Assembly: GCA_023228045.1 (NCBI GenBank)
Contig: JALOBY010000001.1
Location: 32,966 to 96,965, forward strand
Reading direction: 5' to 3'
Origin: Endomicrobiales bacterium
Lineage (GTDB): Bacteria > Elusimicrobiota > Endomicrobiia > Endomicrobiales > JALOBY01
Length of the DNA: 64,000 nucleotides
Shown here: positions 20,182 to 29,497 of the stretch, piece after piece
Layout of the letters: every line of letters starts with the position of its first letter
Numbering within the stretch: the first letter of the stretch is position 1
Program-made: the position numbers and the translations under genes
The notes under the pieces: generated by a model
What the model was told of the DNA's origin: nothing
Seen by the model: only the letters and a program-made list of their open reading frames with translations
The model's database searches: none

Positions 20182-20887
20182 TTGTTAAACTCATTAAAGT
20201 TTCTATTGAAATTACTTTTTGCATAAGATTTTCTATATTGTCTTTATTTATTTCTTGCATATCAATGGAGTCTGCATAACTAAAAACTCCTGAGCTTTCT
20301 CTGCGTAAAAACTCTAATGTTGCCCCACAACCAAGCTTTTGCCCAAGGTCTCGTGCTATGCTTCTTACATAAGTTCCACTTGAACATTTTATTGTGCATA
20401 GCACACTTTTGCCATCACACTCTATTGTTTCAATACTATTTACAGTTACTAACCGCTCTTTTCGCTCAATACTTATACCGGCACGCGCCAGCTGATAAAG
20501 TTTTTTGCCTTGCACTTTAATTGCACTAAACATTGGTGGTATTTGAGCAAGCTCACCTACAAATGTAGAAAGTGCCATATTTACCTCTGAAACACCAAAA
20601 GGTTCAAAGGGTTTTTGTTCAATAATAGTTCCTGTAATATCGTCTGTGTCTGTAGTTGTACCGAAGAGAATTTTAGCAAGGTATGTTTTTTCGCACCGCA
20701 TCAGTTTGTCTTGCAGTTTTGTTGCTTTTCCAAATACTACCAAAAGAACACCTTGCGCCATTGGGTCTAATGTGCCGCAGTGCCCCACTTTTTTTACGCC
20801 AATTACTTTTTTTACACGATGAACAACTGCAAAAGATGTTATGCCTTTGGGTTTATTAATGTTTAAAAGGCCGCTTTCAGGAAACAT
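20174..20887 (-). CDS. truB: tRNA pseudouridine(55) synthase
   Basis: GHCGTLDPMAQGVLLV catalytic Asp motif. Confidence 0.9.
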   Translation of the reverse strand: MFPESGLLNINKPKGITSFAVVHRVKKVIGVKKVGHCGTLDPMAQGVLLVVFGKATKLQDKLMRCEKTYLAKILFGTTTDTDDITGTIIEQKPFEPFGVSEVNMALSTFVGELAQIPPMFSAIKVQGKKLYQLARAGISIERKERLVTVNSIETIECDGKSVLCTIKCSSGTYVRSIARDLGQKLGCGATLEFLRRESSGVFSYADSIDMQEINKDNIENLMQKVISIETLMSLTNA

Positions 20888-21854
20888 TAAACTTCTCTAC
20901 TAAATAACTGCTAACGACTTTAATTGCATCATCTATGCTGCCTAAAATACTGCACCCAGCTGCATTTTTGTGCCCACCGCCGCCAAAGTGCCCTGCTACT
21001 TCGTTAACATCAAAATAATCTTTTGACCTAAAGCTTACCTTGACTTTACCGGACGCATCCTGACGGAACAGCGCCCCAACAACACATTGCGGCAATAAAA
21101 GCGTATAATTTATAAGCCCTTCAGTTTGGCTGTCTTTAGCCCCTGCATTAACCAATACTTCGGGTGTTACAACCATATAGGCAAATTTTCCACCACACTC
21201 TACTTTAAGCGAGTTAAATGCCTCACCAAAAAGTTTTAATGTTGAAAGCGACATACTTGCATAAACTTTTTCATAAAGCTCCACAGGTCTTACGCCTGAG
21301 TCAACCATTCTGGCGGCAAAACGCAATGAGTTGGAGTTTGTGTTTGACTGCTGAAATTTACCTGTGTCGGTAAGCACACCAACATACAAACAAACGGCTT
21401 CTGAGGTTTGAATTTTTTCGTTTAAGGCATAGAAAACATCTGCCACAAGTTCGGCGGTTGAAGAGCTTTTTGAATTTACATAATTTATATGCCCAAATGT
21501 GCCGGCACTAATATGATGATCCATATTTATTATTACCTTTGCCTGATTTGAAGAAATAATAGCGCCCATGCGCTCAAGGTCGGAGCACTCTAAAATAATT
21601 GCCAAATCATAGGAAGATTCTGTTTTGGGTGCAATTATAATGTCTTTTGCGCCAGGGAGAAACATCAGGTAATCGGGTATTGGGTCTTTGCTAAAAACAC
21701 TTGGCAACTTACCTAATCGTTTTAATAAAGACGCCAAAGCAAGCGCCGAGCCAATTGTGTCGCCATCTGGCTTTAAGTGACCTGCAATAAAAACACTCTG
21801 GCTTTGTTTTATTACTTGCGCAATGGCTGTTGGTTCGTTTTTTTCTTCAAGCAT
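20877..21854 (-). CDS. nrnA: DHH/DHHA1 phosphoesterase (NrnA-like oligoribonuclease/pAp phosphatase)
   Basis: GHLKPDGDTIGS, MDHH and GGGGHKNAAG motifs. Confidence 0.75.
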   Translation of the reverse strand: MLEEKNEPTAIAQVIKQSQSVFIAGHLKPDGDTIGSALALASLLKRLGKLPSVFSKDPIPDYLMFLPGAKDIIIAPKTESSYDLAIILECSDLERMGAIISSNQAKVIINMDHHISAGTFGHINYVNSKSSSTAELVADVFYALNEKIQTSEAVCLYVGVLTDTGKFQQSNTNSNSLRFAARMVDSGVRPVELYEKVYASMSLSTLKLFGEAFNSLKVECGGKFAYMVVTPEVLVNAGAKDSQTEGLINYTLLLPQCVVGALFRQDASGKVKVSFRSKDYFDVNEVAGHFGGGGHKNAAGCSILGSIDDAIKVVSSYLVEKFNVS

Positions 21855-22242
21855 TTTTTTTCTTGGTTGTTTTTCGGCGGGTTTTTTTTGGTTCTATTTT
21901 TTCCTGCTCAATTTTATGAAGCAATTCAAATATCTTTTGAGCTTTTTGTGAAGTGTCATCGTACTGAAAAAAAAGTGTTGGTGTTCTGCGCAGATTTACT
22001 CTGCTGGCCAATTCGTGGCGCAAATGGCCTATGGATTTCTGAAGTATTATTTTAGAACTTTCAACAACCTCAGGCGTTCCTATTACTGAGTAAAATACAC
22101 GAGCATCTAATAAATCATCGGTCAATTTTACACCAGTAACAGTTACAAAACCAAGTCCAGGTTTATTAAACTCCAAAATAATTTTAGAAAGTTCTTGTAA
22201 AATCAGTTCAGCCACTCTAGTTGAACGCTTATATGCCAGCAT
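21847..22242 (-). CDS. rbfA: ribosome-binding factor A
   Basis: RVAELILQELSKII..VTVTGVKLTDDL pattern. Position after infB. Confidence 0.85.
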   Translation of the reverse strand: MLAYKRSTRVAELILQELSKIILEFNKPGLGFVTVTGVKLTDDLLDARVFYSVIGTPEVVESSKIILQKSIGHLRHELASRVNLRRTPTLFFQYDDTSQKAQKIFELLHKIEQEKIEPKKTRRKTTKKKNA

Positions 22243-22247
22243 TTCAA

Positions 22248-24593
22248 TTACTCCGCAAGTTTTCTTGCCACTTTTTTCTGCTCAAAAACTTCAATTACAT
22301 CGTCTACTTTCATTCCAATGAAATCGCTTATACCAATACCACACTCATAACCCTTTTCAACTTCTTTTGCATCATCTTTAAATCTTTTAAGCGACACTAT
22401 AGAACCTTCGTGAATTATAACACCGTCACGCATAACTCTGGCAGTTGCGCCTCTAATTATTTTGCCTTCTAAAACCATACTTCCCGCTATGGTTCCAATT
22501 TTAGATGCCTTAAAAACCTGCCTAACTTGTGCTTTTCCTACTAAAACCTCTTTTATTTCAGGTTCAAGCATACCTTCCATAGCGGCCTTAACATCGGCTA
22601 TTAAATCATATATGATTTTATAATTTCTTACGCTTACACCTTCGTGTTCAGCAATTCTTTCCGCCGCAGGTTCTAACTTTACATTAAAACCTATCACCAA
22701 CGCATCTGAAGCGGCCGCAAGCATTACATCGGACTCATTTACATTACCAACGCCACAATGAATTATGCGTAAATTTATTTCTTGTGATGGAAAACGCTCT
22801 AATGAGTCACGTATAGCTTCTATTGAACCCTGTACATCGCCTTTAACAACAATTCGCAAATCTTTTATTTTACCTGCACTTACATCTTCCAAAGACAGAT
22901 GGTGGAGCGGCCTAAGATGATTTTCACGAATTTTTGATGCTCTGGTTTGTGCAATATCTCTTGCAATGCGTTCACTTTCAACAACCACAAACTTATCACC
23001 AGATTGTGGCGTGGAAGTTATACCAAGTACTTCTACAGGTGTGCTTGGGCAGGCACTTTGCATTCTAATGCCATGTTCATCTTGCATTGCGCGTACTTTG
23101 CCATAAGTGTTACCGATAACAAAATTATCGCCAACTTTCAGAGTTCCCCTTTGAATTAAAACAGTTGCAACTTGCCCTCGCCGAGGATCTAACTTTGCTT
23201 CAATCACCACTCCTGAAGCATTACTGTTTGGGTCAGCCTTTAGCTCCATAAGCTCGGCTTTAAGCAAAATCATTTCAAGAAGCAGGTCAATGTTTATACT
23301 TTTTTTAGCTGAAACATTTATTGTAATTGTATCACCGCCCCAATCTTCAGGGACTAACTTATATTTTGATAACTCTTGCTTTATTTGTTCGGGATTTGCA
23401 CCTGGAAGGTCTATTTTATTTATAGCAACTATAATCGGCACATTGGCAGCTTTTGCATGGTCGATTGCTTCAATTGTTTGGGGCATAACTCCGTCTGTTG
23501 CGGAAACAACAAGCACTACTAAGTCGGTTGCTTTTGCACCCCTTGAGCGCATAGCCGTGAATGCCTCATGGCCTGGAGTGTCTAAAAACGCAATTTCACC
23601 TTTTGCGGTTTTTACTTTGTAAGCACCAATGTGCTGTGTAATACCACCCGCCTCACCACCTGCTATATTACTTTTTCTAATCGCGTCTAGTAATGAGGTT
23701 TTTCCATGGTCAACATGGCCCATAATTGTAACTACCGGAGCGCGCGGCAACAACTTTGCGGGGTTTTCAATAACTTCGTGTTCAGCTTCATCTTCATAAA
23801 GTGAAACAAATGAAACCTCGTAGCCAAACTCTGTGGCAAGCAATTCTGCAGTGTCAGTGTCAATTTTTTGGTTTATTGTGGCAAGAGAACCCATGGTCAA
23901 AAGCTTCTTTAAAACATCTACGGGCTTTTGGTTCATTTTCTCAGCAAGAATACGCACAGTTATGGTTTCGTTTATTGAAATTTTCTTTATCTTTTTTTCT
24001 TCTTCTATCTCTGGGGCATTCTGAGTTTGTTCGGCTGGGTTTTTTGGCGCATTCAATTCGGCAAGTTTTTCTTCAACCGCTTTGTTAATTTCTTCCGCGG
24101 TTCTTGGAACTGCTTTTTTAGTTTCTTGCTTTGGTGTTGCAACATCTACAACAACTGCCTTTACGGGTTTACTAACCACCTCTTTTTGAATATTTAAAAC
24201 AATCTTTTTCCCTTTATGTGCTTTTTTATTTTGTTCTTTGGGTTCTTGTGGTTTTGGCACATCAGGTTTTACGCTTTGGTCTTCCTTTTTCGCTGCAACT
24301 TTTTTCTTAGCAGATACTTTTTCAACTGCAGATATTTTTATAACCTCGCCGGTTTGCTCTTTTTTTGGCTGCACTGCCGCTTTTGTTTTTTTAGCTACAG
24401 TTGCTTTGGCCGATGAAACCTTTGAAGAGGTGGTAGTTTTTTTAACCTTTTTTTTAGCATCAGAAATAACAGCCACACCAACTTTTGCAACAGCTGCTTT
24501 TGGGGGCTTTGCAGTTTTTTTATCTGTATCGGCAACTTTCGCAGTCACTTTCTTTTTAATTTCCTTAACTTCTTTTGCTTTCTTTTCCGTCAT
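22248..24593 (-). CDS. infB: translation initiation factor IF-2
   Basis: Lys/Ala-rich N-terminus, G domain GHVDHGKTSLLD..DTPGHEAF..NKID. 781 aa. Confidence 0.95.
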   Translation of the reverse strand: MTEKKAKEVKEIKKKVTAKVADTDKKTAKPPKAAVAKVGVAVISDAKKKVKKTTTSSKVSSAKATVAKKTKAAVQPKKEQTGEVIKISAVEKVSAKKKVAAKKEDQSVKPDVPKPQEPKEQNKKAHKGKKIVLNIQKEVVSKPVKAVVVDVATPKQETKKAVPRTAEEINKAVEEKLAELNAPKNPAEQTQNAPEIEEEKKIKKISINETITVRILAEKMNQKPVDVLKKLLTMGSLATINQKIDTDTAELLATEFGYEVSFVSLYEDEAEHEVIENPAKLLPRAPVVTIMGHVDHGKTSLLDAIRKSNIAGGEAGGITQHIGAYKVKTAKGEIAFLDTPGHEAFTAMRSRGAKATDLVVLVVSATDGVMPQTIEAIDHAKAANVPIIVAINKIDLPGANPEQIKQELSKYKLVPEDWGGDTITINVSAKKSINIDLLLEMILLKAELMELKADPNSNASGVVIEAKLDPRRGQVATVLIQRGTLKVGDNFVIGNTYGKVRAMQDEHGIRMQSACPSTPVEVLGITSTPQSGDKFVVVESERIARDIAQTRASKIRENHLRPLHHLSLEDVSAGKIKDLRIVVKGDVQGSIEAIRDSLERFPSQEINLRIIHCGVGNVNESDVMLAAASDALVIGFNVKLEPAAERIAEHEGVSVRNYKIIYDLIADVKAAMEGMLEPEIKEVLVGKAQVRQVFKASKIGTIAGSMVLEGKIIRGATARVMRDGVIIHEGSIVSLKRFKDDAKEVEKGYECGIGISDFIGMKVDDVIEVFEQKKVARKLAE

Positions 24594-24625
24594 TGTTAGT
24601 TTTCCTCTCTGGCATTGCTTGTCAT

Positions 24626-25879
24626 TTACTTAAGCTGCTTTTTGGCTGAGTTAATTATCTTTTCGGCTGTTTTTGCGCCAATACCCTGAAAAGCTGTTAG
24701 TTCATCTACACTGGAGTTCGCAAGTTTTTCAATATTTGCATACCCTGCTTTTATAAGTATTTCAGCAGTTTTAGGACCTATACCTTCAATACTTGTAAGC
24801 TCCTGTGCCGATGTTGCAATCCTCTGTAATGACTCTGCATGGCGCTGCCCTTCCGACTTTATATCAATATGCCAGCCGGTAAGCTTTGCGGCAAGGCGCA
24901 CATTATGCCCATTTTTGCCAATGGCAAGCGAAAGCATATCATCGGAAACAATAACTTCCGCGCTTTTATTTTCTGGTGAAATTATATTAACACTAAGCAC
25001 TTTTGCGGGTGAAAGTGCCGATGCAATGAACTTTATTGGGTCGGTTGAAAAAGGAACTAAATCTATCCTTTCACCGTGCAATTCATCTATTATTGGCTTA
25101 ACTCGCGCACCCTTAACGCCTACACAAGCACCAACAGGGTCAACTTTTGAGTTGTTTGAAACAACAACAACTTTGGACCTCAATCCCGGCTCGCGCACAA
25201 TATTTACAACGTCAACTAACTTTTCATAAATTTCTGGAACCTCAACTTCAAAAAGGCGCTTTACCATATCGCTATGAGAACGAGAAAGCACAACAACAGG
25301 ACCGCGTGGTGTTTTATCAACACGCACAACCAAAGCTCTTATATGGTTGCCAATTGTAAAACGCTCCCTCGGAACCTGCTCAGAAATTGGCAATATAGCC
25401 TCAATTTTATTTAAATCAACCACAATGCTTCTATTCGCAAAACGCCAAACAACACCACTAACAAGCTGGCCTGTTTTTTTAGTGTATTCTTCAAACAGTT
25501 TATCTCTTTCTGCCTCGCGTATTTTTTGCACAATCACCTGTTTTGCAGTTTGGGCGGCAATTCTTGAAAAATCTTCTGTATCTAATGGAATTCTTATTTC
25601 ATCGCCTTCTTTAGCATTTGGTGAAATTTTCTTAGCTTCCGCTAAATCTATCTCAAGCATTGAATTATTAACAATCGCAACCACGGTTTTTATAACATTT
25701 GCCGAGAGGCGAGATGTTTCTGTATCTACCTTTGCTTCAACATTAACATTTTTGCCAACATGCTTTTTATACGCGGAAACAAGAGAACTTTCAATTACCG
25801 CGATAATATCTTCTTTTTTTATGTTACTTTCCTGTTCAATTCTTTGCAATGCGTCTAACAACTCATTTCTTTCCGACAT
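24626..25879 (-). CDS. nusA: transcription termination/antitermination factor NusA
   Basis: S1 and two KH domains (VGACVGVKGARV, IGKNGHNVRLA) plus a C-terminal HhH repeat. Confidence 0.95.
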   Translation of the reverse strand: MSERNELLDALQRIEQESNIKKEDIIAVIESSLVSAYKKHVGKNVNVEAKVDTETSRLSANVIKTVVAIVNNSMLEIDLAEAKKISPNAKEGDEIRIPLDTEDFSRIAAQTAKQVIVQKIREAERDKLFEEYTKKTGQLVSGVVWRFANRSIVVDLNKIEAILPISEQVPRERFTIGNHIRALVVRVDKTPRGPVVVLSRSHSDMVKRLFEVEVPEIYEKLVDVVNIVREPGLRSKVVVVSNNSKVDPVGACVGVKGARVKPIIDELHGERIDLVPFSTDPIKFIASALSPAKVLSVNIISPENKSAEVIVSDDMLSLAIGKNGHNVRLAAKLTGWHIDIKSEGQRHAESLQRIATSAQELTSIEGIGPKTAEILIKAGYANIEKLANSSVDELTAFQGIGAKTAEKIINSAKKQLK

Positions 25880-25913
25880 ACTCCCTCCAAATAAATATTC
25901 TTTATTATTTAAT

Positions 25914-26369
25914 TTAATCTAACTCTGGTGCAATACGAGCTTTGTAAACATTGCTAAAAGCAATGAGCGCCTTTTTCCCTGTAACATCATCTATCTCAAG
26001 TGTCCCATTATTAAACGACAATAACTTACCGCTAAAATTTCTCTGATTATCAAATGTTTGATGTGTTGTAACGCGCACACCCTTGCCAACAAATTTAATA
26101 AAGTCCTTCTCTTTCTTTAAAACTCTGTCTATCCCGGGTGAAGATATCTCAAGCATATAATTACCAAGCGATGGAAACTCTGCATCCAAAAAAGTGCCAA
26201 GTTCTCTGCTTAAAGCAGCGCAGTCATCAAGTTTTACTCCGCCTTCCTTATCAATAAAAACCCTTAACACACGCCTGCCAAACTCAGAAACATTTTGTAT
26301 GTCAACAAGCTCTATTGCAAAGCGTGCAACAAACTCTTCAACTTTTTTTTCAATATCAATGTTTAACAT
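25914..26369 (-). CDS. rimP: ribosome maturation factor RimP
   Basis: LEISSPGIDRVLKK motif. Immediately upstream of nusA. Confidence 0.85.
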   Translation of the reverse strand: MLNIDIEKKVEEFVARFAIELVDIQNVSEFGRRVLRVFIDKEGGVKLDDCAALSRELGTFLDAEFPSLGNYMLEISSPGIDRVLKKEKDFIKFVGKGVRVTTHQTFDNQRNFSGKLLSFNNGTLEIDDVTGKKALIAFSNVYKARIAPELD

Positions 26370-26387
26370 AAAACCCCGAATTCTTGT

Positions 26388-26419
26388 AAAAAAATAAGAG
26401 TGGCAAACTCCCCACTCTT
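26388..26419 (-). terminator. Rho-independent terminator between the PorV-like gene and rimP
   Basis: Minus strand AAGAGTGG-GGAGTTTG-CCACTCTT followed by ATTTTTTTAC. Confidence 0.75.
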
Positions 26420-26425
26420 AAAGTA

Positions 26426-26455
26426 ATTATAGCAAAAGCATTGACTATAAAGCAA
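26426..26455 (-). promoter_or_regulatory. extended -10 promoter directed toward rimP-nusA-infB
   Basis: Minus strand TTGCTT (26455-26450) - 18 nt - TGcTATAAT (-10 at 26431-26426). The predicted start falls at about 26419, the first base of the terminator stem. Confidence 0.5.
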
Positions 26456-26483
26456 CAGCAACACAGGTATTTAAACAACAGTT

Positions 26484-28307
26484 TTAGTTTAGCTCTTTTT
26501 TTACGCGTTCAAGGGCTTTAGTTGCTTTTTCGTGAGCAGGATTTAAGCGCAGTGTTATTTCCCACAAACGAATTGCTTCCGATGCTTTGCCCTGCGCATA
26601 CATAATAAGGCCTTCTTTGTACTTTTTGTCGGCTTCGGCAACATTGACCACCACCTGCTCAGTTTTTGGTACATCAGCCATGTCTTGCTTTTTGCGGGTT
26701 TTTTGCTGTGGTATTGTTTTTGAAAGTTCTTCAATTGACTTTTTAAGTAGCGCAGATGCCTTGTCTTGCCAGATAAGCGCAATATTGCCTTTTAAAGTTT
26801 TACAATAAACAATAAGTTCTTCCATTTTCTTTACGCATAAAACGAACTCTTTATTTGCAAAATGCTCTTCGCCTTGTTTATATAAACTATTCGTTTGCGC
26901 CTGTTCGTGCGCTTCTTGTTGGGCTAATTGCATATCTGAAAGATGTTTTTTTGCAATTTCTATGTATTTGTTTAGTTCTACACGCTTATTATTTATTTCA
27001 AGCGTTTTATTCCACTGCGAAAGTGCGGTTCGATAATCGCCAGTTTTGTAAGCGATAAACCCTTCAGCATAAGATATTTTTTCAAGATTGGAGCCATCGT
27101 ATTTAGCATCTTGCTCCATTGTATTTACAATGTTTTGGTTAATTTCTCTGGCAGGAGCGCACTCCGAATATTCAAGTAATAAACTACAAAATTTTTCATC
27201 GGCATCAAGGTATTGTTCTGTATGATAGTCGGCTTTTGCTTGGTTGAAAAGTTTCTCCATCTCGGTTTTTCTGGCATTTTCAATTTCTTGTGCTTCTTTA
27301 TAAGCCGATTGCGCCTCTTCGTAAAGTTGGGTATCTTTTTTATACTTTTTTTTGCTTTTCTTTTTTTCTTTAGAGCCCCATAGCACAGTTACACCAAAGC
27401 GATTAAATGCGGCATACTCCAAAAAGTCAATTGCATAATTAAATTGCATAAAACCGATGTTGTAACCAAAACCGGCGTTTATACGATTTTCATTTATGCC
27501 ACATCTTAATAAAAAACTCTCTAAAAATTTATATTCAGAGCCAATGGCAAAAGAACTTTTTTGCTCCTCATTTTTCACATCACAGGAAAAAGCTAGTGTG
27601 TCTGAATTAAACACCTTTTGCAAAACCGGAAATGAAAATACAAAGCCAGCTCTATAAATTTGCGGGTAACGCTCATTGACAGATACAAGCTTAATTGTGG
27701 GCTCAAGCAAGTTTGCCACAGAAGCGCCAACACTAATGGTACTTAAGTTTCCAAAAACCGCGGGACCAGAAAAACTTTTAGATAAGCCCATGTCTAAACC
27801 AACTGAGCCTGCTTTTTTATCAACAAAATCTAAATAAAAATACTTTAGTGAACATCCTGTTTCCAATGAATACAACTCTTTGATCTTATACGCCACGCTT
27901 GCGGAGCCAAGATATGTATTTGTTTTTATTATTCTTGGCACATCGTTTATGTTTTGCCTTAGCTCAATATCACCACTTGAAAGGTTTGACAACATCAATC
28001 CTGCACGAACACTTTCACTTAGTATAAGAGCAGTAGATAGGTTTGAGTAATTGGTACCGTCAAAAAGTAAAAAATGCGAAAAAACAGCATTGTTTGTATT
28101 CAACCTTGAAAGCAAAGATGGATTGTAAAAAGCCGAAGAGGCATCATCGCACTGTGCACAAGAGGTTTCTCCCCTGCCATAAGCCGCAACAGACGGCCCA
28201 TGCGAAAAAAACGTCGTTCTTTGCGCGGCAGAACCAACGTTTAAAACTATGGATAATGCGAAAAAGACAAACAGAATTTTTTTCATTTCATTATTAGTAA
28301 GCGGCAA
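26484..28307 (-). CDS. outer-membrane beta-barrel (PorV/PorQ-like N-terminal half) fused to a C-terminal TPR/coiled-coil domain
   Basis: Signal peptide (a better start is the MKKILFVFF Met at 28286, an ATGA overlap with the upstream stop). It has a YGRGET..DDASSAFYNPSLL motif like PorV/UPF0164-type barrels, with alternating beta pattern to about aa 310. A Lys-rich linker and TPR-like helices follow. Confidence 0.5.
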   Translation of the reverse strand: MPLTNNEMKKILFVFFALSIVLNVGSAAQRTTFFSHGPSVAAYGRGETSCAQCDDASSAFYNPSLLSRLNTNNAVFSHFLLFDGTNYSNLSTALILSESVRAGLMLSNLSSGDIELRQNINDVPRIIKTNTYLGSASVAYKIKELYSLETGCSLKYFYLDFVDKKAGSVGLDMGLSKSFSGPAVFGNLSTISVGASVANLLEPTIKLVSVNERYPQIYRAGFVFSFPVLQKVFNSDTLAFSCDVKNEEQKSSFAIGSEYKFLESFLLRCGINENRINAGFGYNIGFMQFNYAIDFLEYAAFNRFGVTVLWGSKEKKKSKKKYKKDTQLYEEAQSAYKEAQEIENARKTEMEKLFNQAKADYHTEQYLDADEKFCSLLLEYSECAPAREINQNIVNTMEQDAKYDGSNLEKISYAEGFIAYKTGDYRTALSQWNKTLEINNKRVELNKYIEIAKKHLSDMQLAQQEAHEQAQTNSLYKQGEEHFANKEFVLCVKKMEELIVYCKTLKGNIALIWQDKASALLKKSIEELSKTIPQQKTRKKQDMADVPKTEQVVVNVAEADKKYKEGLIMYAQGKASEAIRLWEITLRLNPAHEKATKALERVKKELN

Positions 28308-29419
28308 GTATCTTTATCTTCTTTTGAACCGTAAAGTTTTTTAATTACACAAACATAGCTGCCATTATATAGAACTGAGCCGGAGTCATCTGTACCGTTA
28401 TATTCAATTTCATTTATTCCAGAAGGCAGGTTGTCTAAGGTGCGTTGCCAAACCAAATCGCCAAACTCGCTATAAATACTAATTGAAGCACTACCATTTT
28501 GCGACATATCAACAACAATGTGTGTTTTATCGGTTGAAGGGTTAAACGGGTTTGGGTAATTAAAACTGCGCTTTATCGTAGCTATGGTTGTAAATGAATA
28601 CTTTTTACTGAGTGAGCTTGCGCCGTAGTTATCAATTGCTTCAACCTGCCAAAAGTATTGTGTGCCATAATCAAGCGACTTCAATGTAAACTCAGTTAGC
28701 GGCCCTTCGTATATTTGGCTAAGCAATGAACTGTCTTTTCCAAAAAACAACCTGTATGTAACATTTGAACCTTCTGGGTCTTGCGCAAGCCACTTTAGTG
28801 TTAGCAAACCATTTGAAACAAACGCATTATCGGACAAACCATTATTTACAAATCCACTAGGCCTTTCTGTTATGGCAAATGAGCTTGCCACAAGGTCGTA
28901 AGTTCCGGGGTATTGGGCATTTGTTGCAGAATAATAATACCAATATAAGCCGGGTGTTAAATCTGCTTCTTTAGAGTATTGCAACGCGCCATTTGTGGAA
29001 TTTTTAAAATCAAGGGTGAGAGTTGTTTTCTGCGCAGAACCATCTTTCCAATAGCAGACCAAAGGGTAACCTAAAGATGGAATGTTGCCATAAGGGTCTG
29101 TATAATTTAATGAAAATGTTGCCTTATTTTCTGAGGGAATGCAGAAGAAGTATGCACTGTGCGCACGGCTAACTAACTGTGGGCTTTCAAAAGCAACAAA
29201 GTCGACAAAATTGAAAAAACCTGTTTGTATTTCAAAACCATCAGGGTGGCTTTTTAGCTCACAAGAAGAATCTGCGTTGTACAAATCGACACTAACGGAG
29301 GCAGAAGATGGAAACAAAGAACAAGGAGCTATCGCAGTGAAGGCCTCAAACCCAAAACCACTTGATAAATCACACTGTCCTATTTGAGCAAATATAAGTA
29401 GAAAAAGCACGGCAAGCAA
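28283..29419 (-). CDS. secreted protein with an FN3-like domain and a C-terminal FlgD-Ig-like / T9SS-CTD-like domain
   Basis: Signal peptide. FN3-like TYRLFFGKD..YFWQVEAID. C-terminal NYPNPFNPSTDKTHIVVDM..ISIYSEFGDLVW..YNGTDDSGSVLYNGSYVC. Confidence 0.5.
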   Translation of the reverse strand: MLAVLFLLIFAQIGQCDLSSGFGFEAFTAIAPCSLFPSSASVSVDLYNADSSCELKSHPDGFEIQTGFFNFVDFVAFESPQLVSRAHSAYFFCIPSENKATFSLNYTDPYGNIPSLGYPLVCYWKDGSAQKTTLTLDFKNSTNGALQYSKEADLTPGLYWYYYSATNAQYPGTYDLVASSFAITERPSGFVNNGLSDNAFVSNGLLTLKWLAQDPEGSNVTYRLFFGKDSSLLSQIYEGPLTEFTLKSLDYGTQYFWQVEAIDNYGASSLSKKYSFTTIATIKRSFNYPNPFNPSTDKTHIVVDMSQNGSASISIYSEFGDLVWQRTLDNLPSGINEIEYNGTDDSGSVLYNGSYVCVIKKLYGSKEDKDTCRLLIMK

Positions 29420-29497
29420 TGTTTTTTGAATTATTGCATCCTTTGTAGATTATTTTCTAATTTCATATACAATAACACTACACCTAAAAAATATTTT

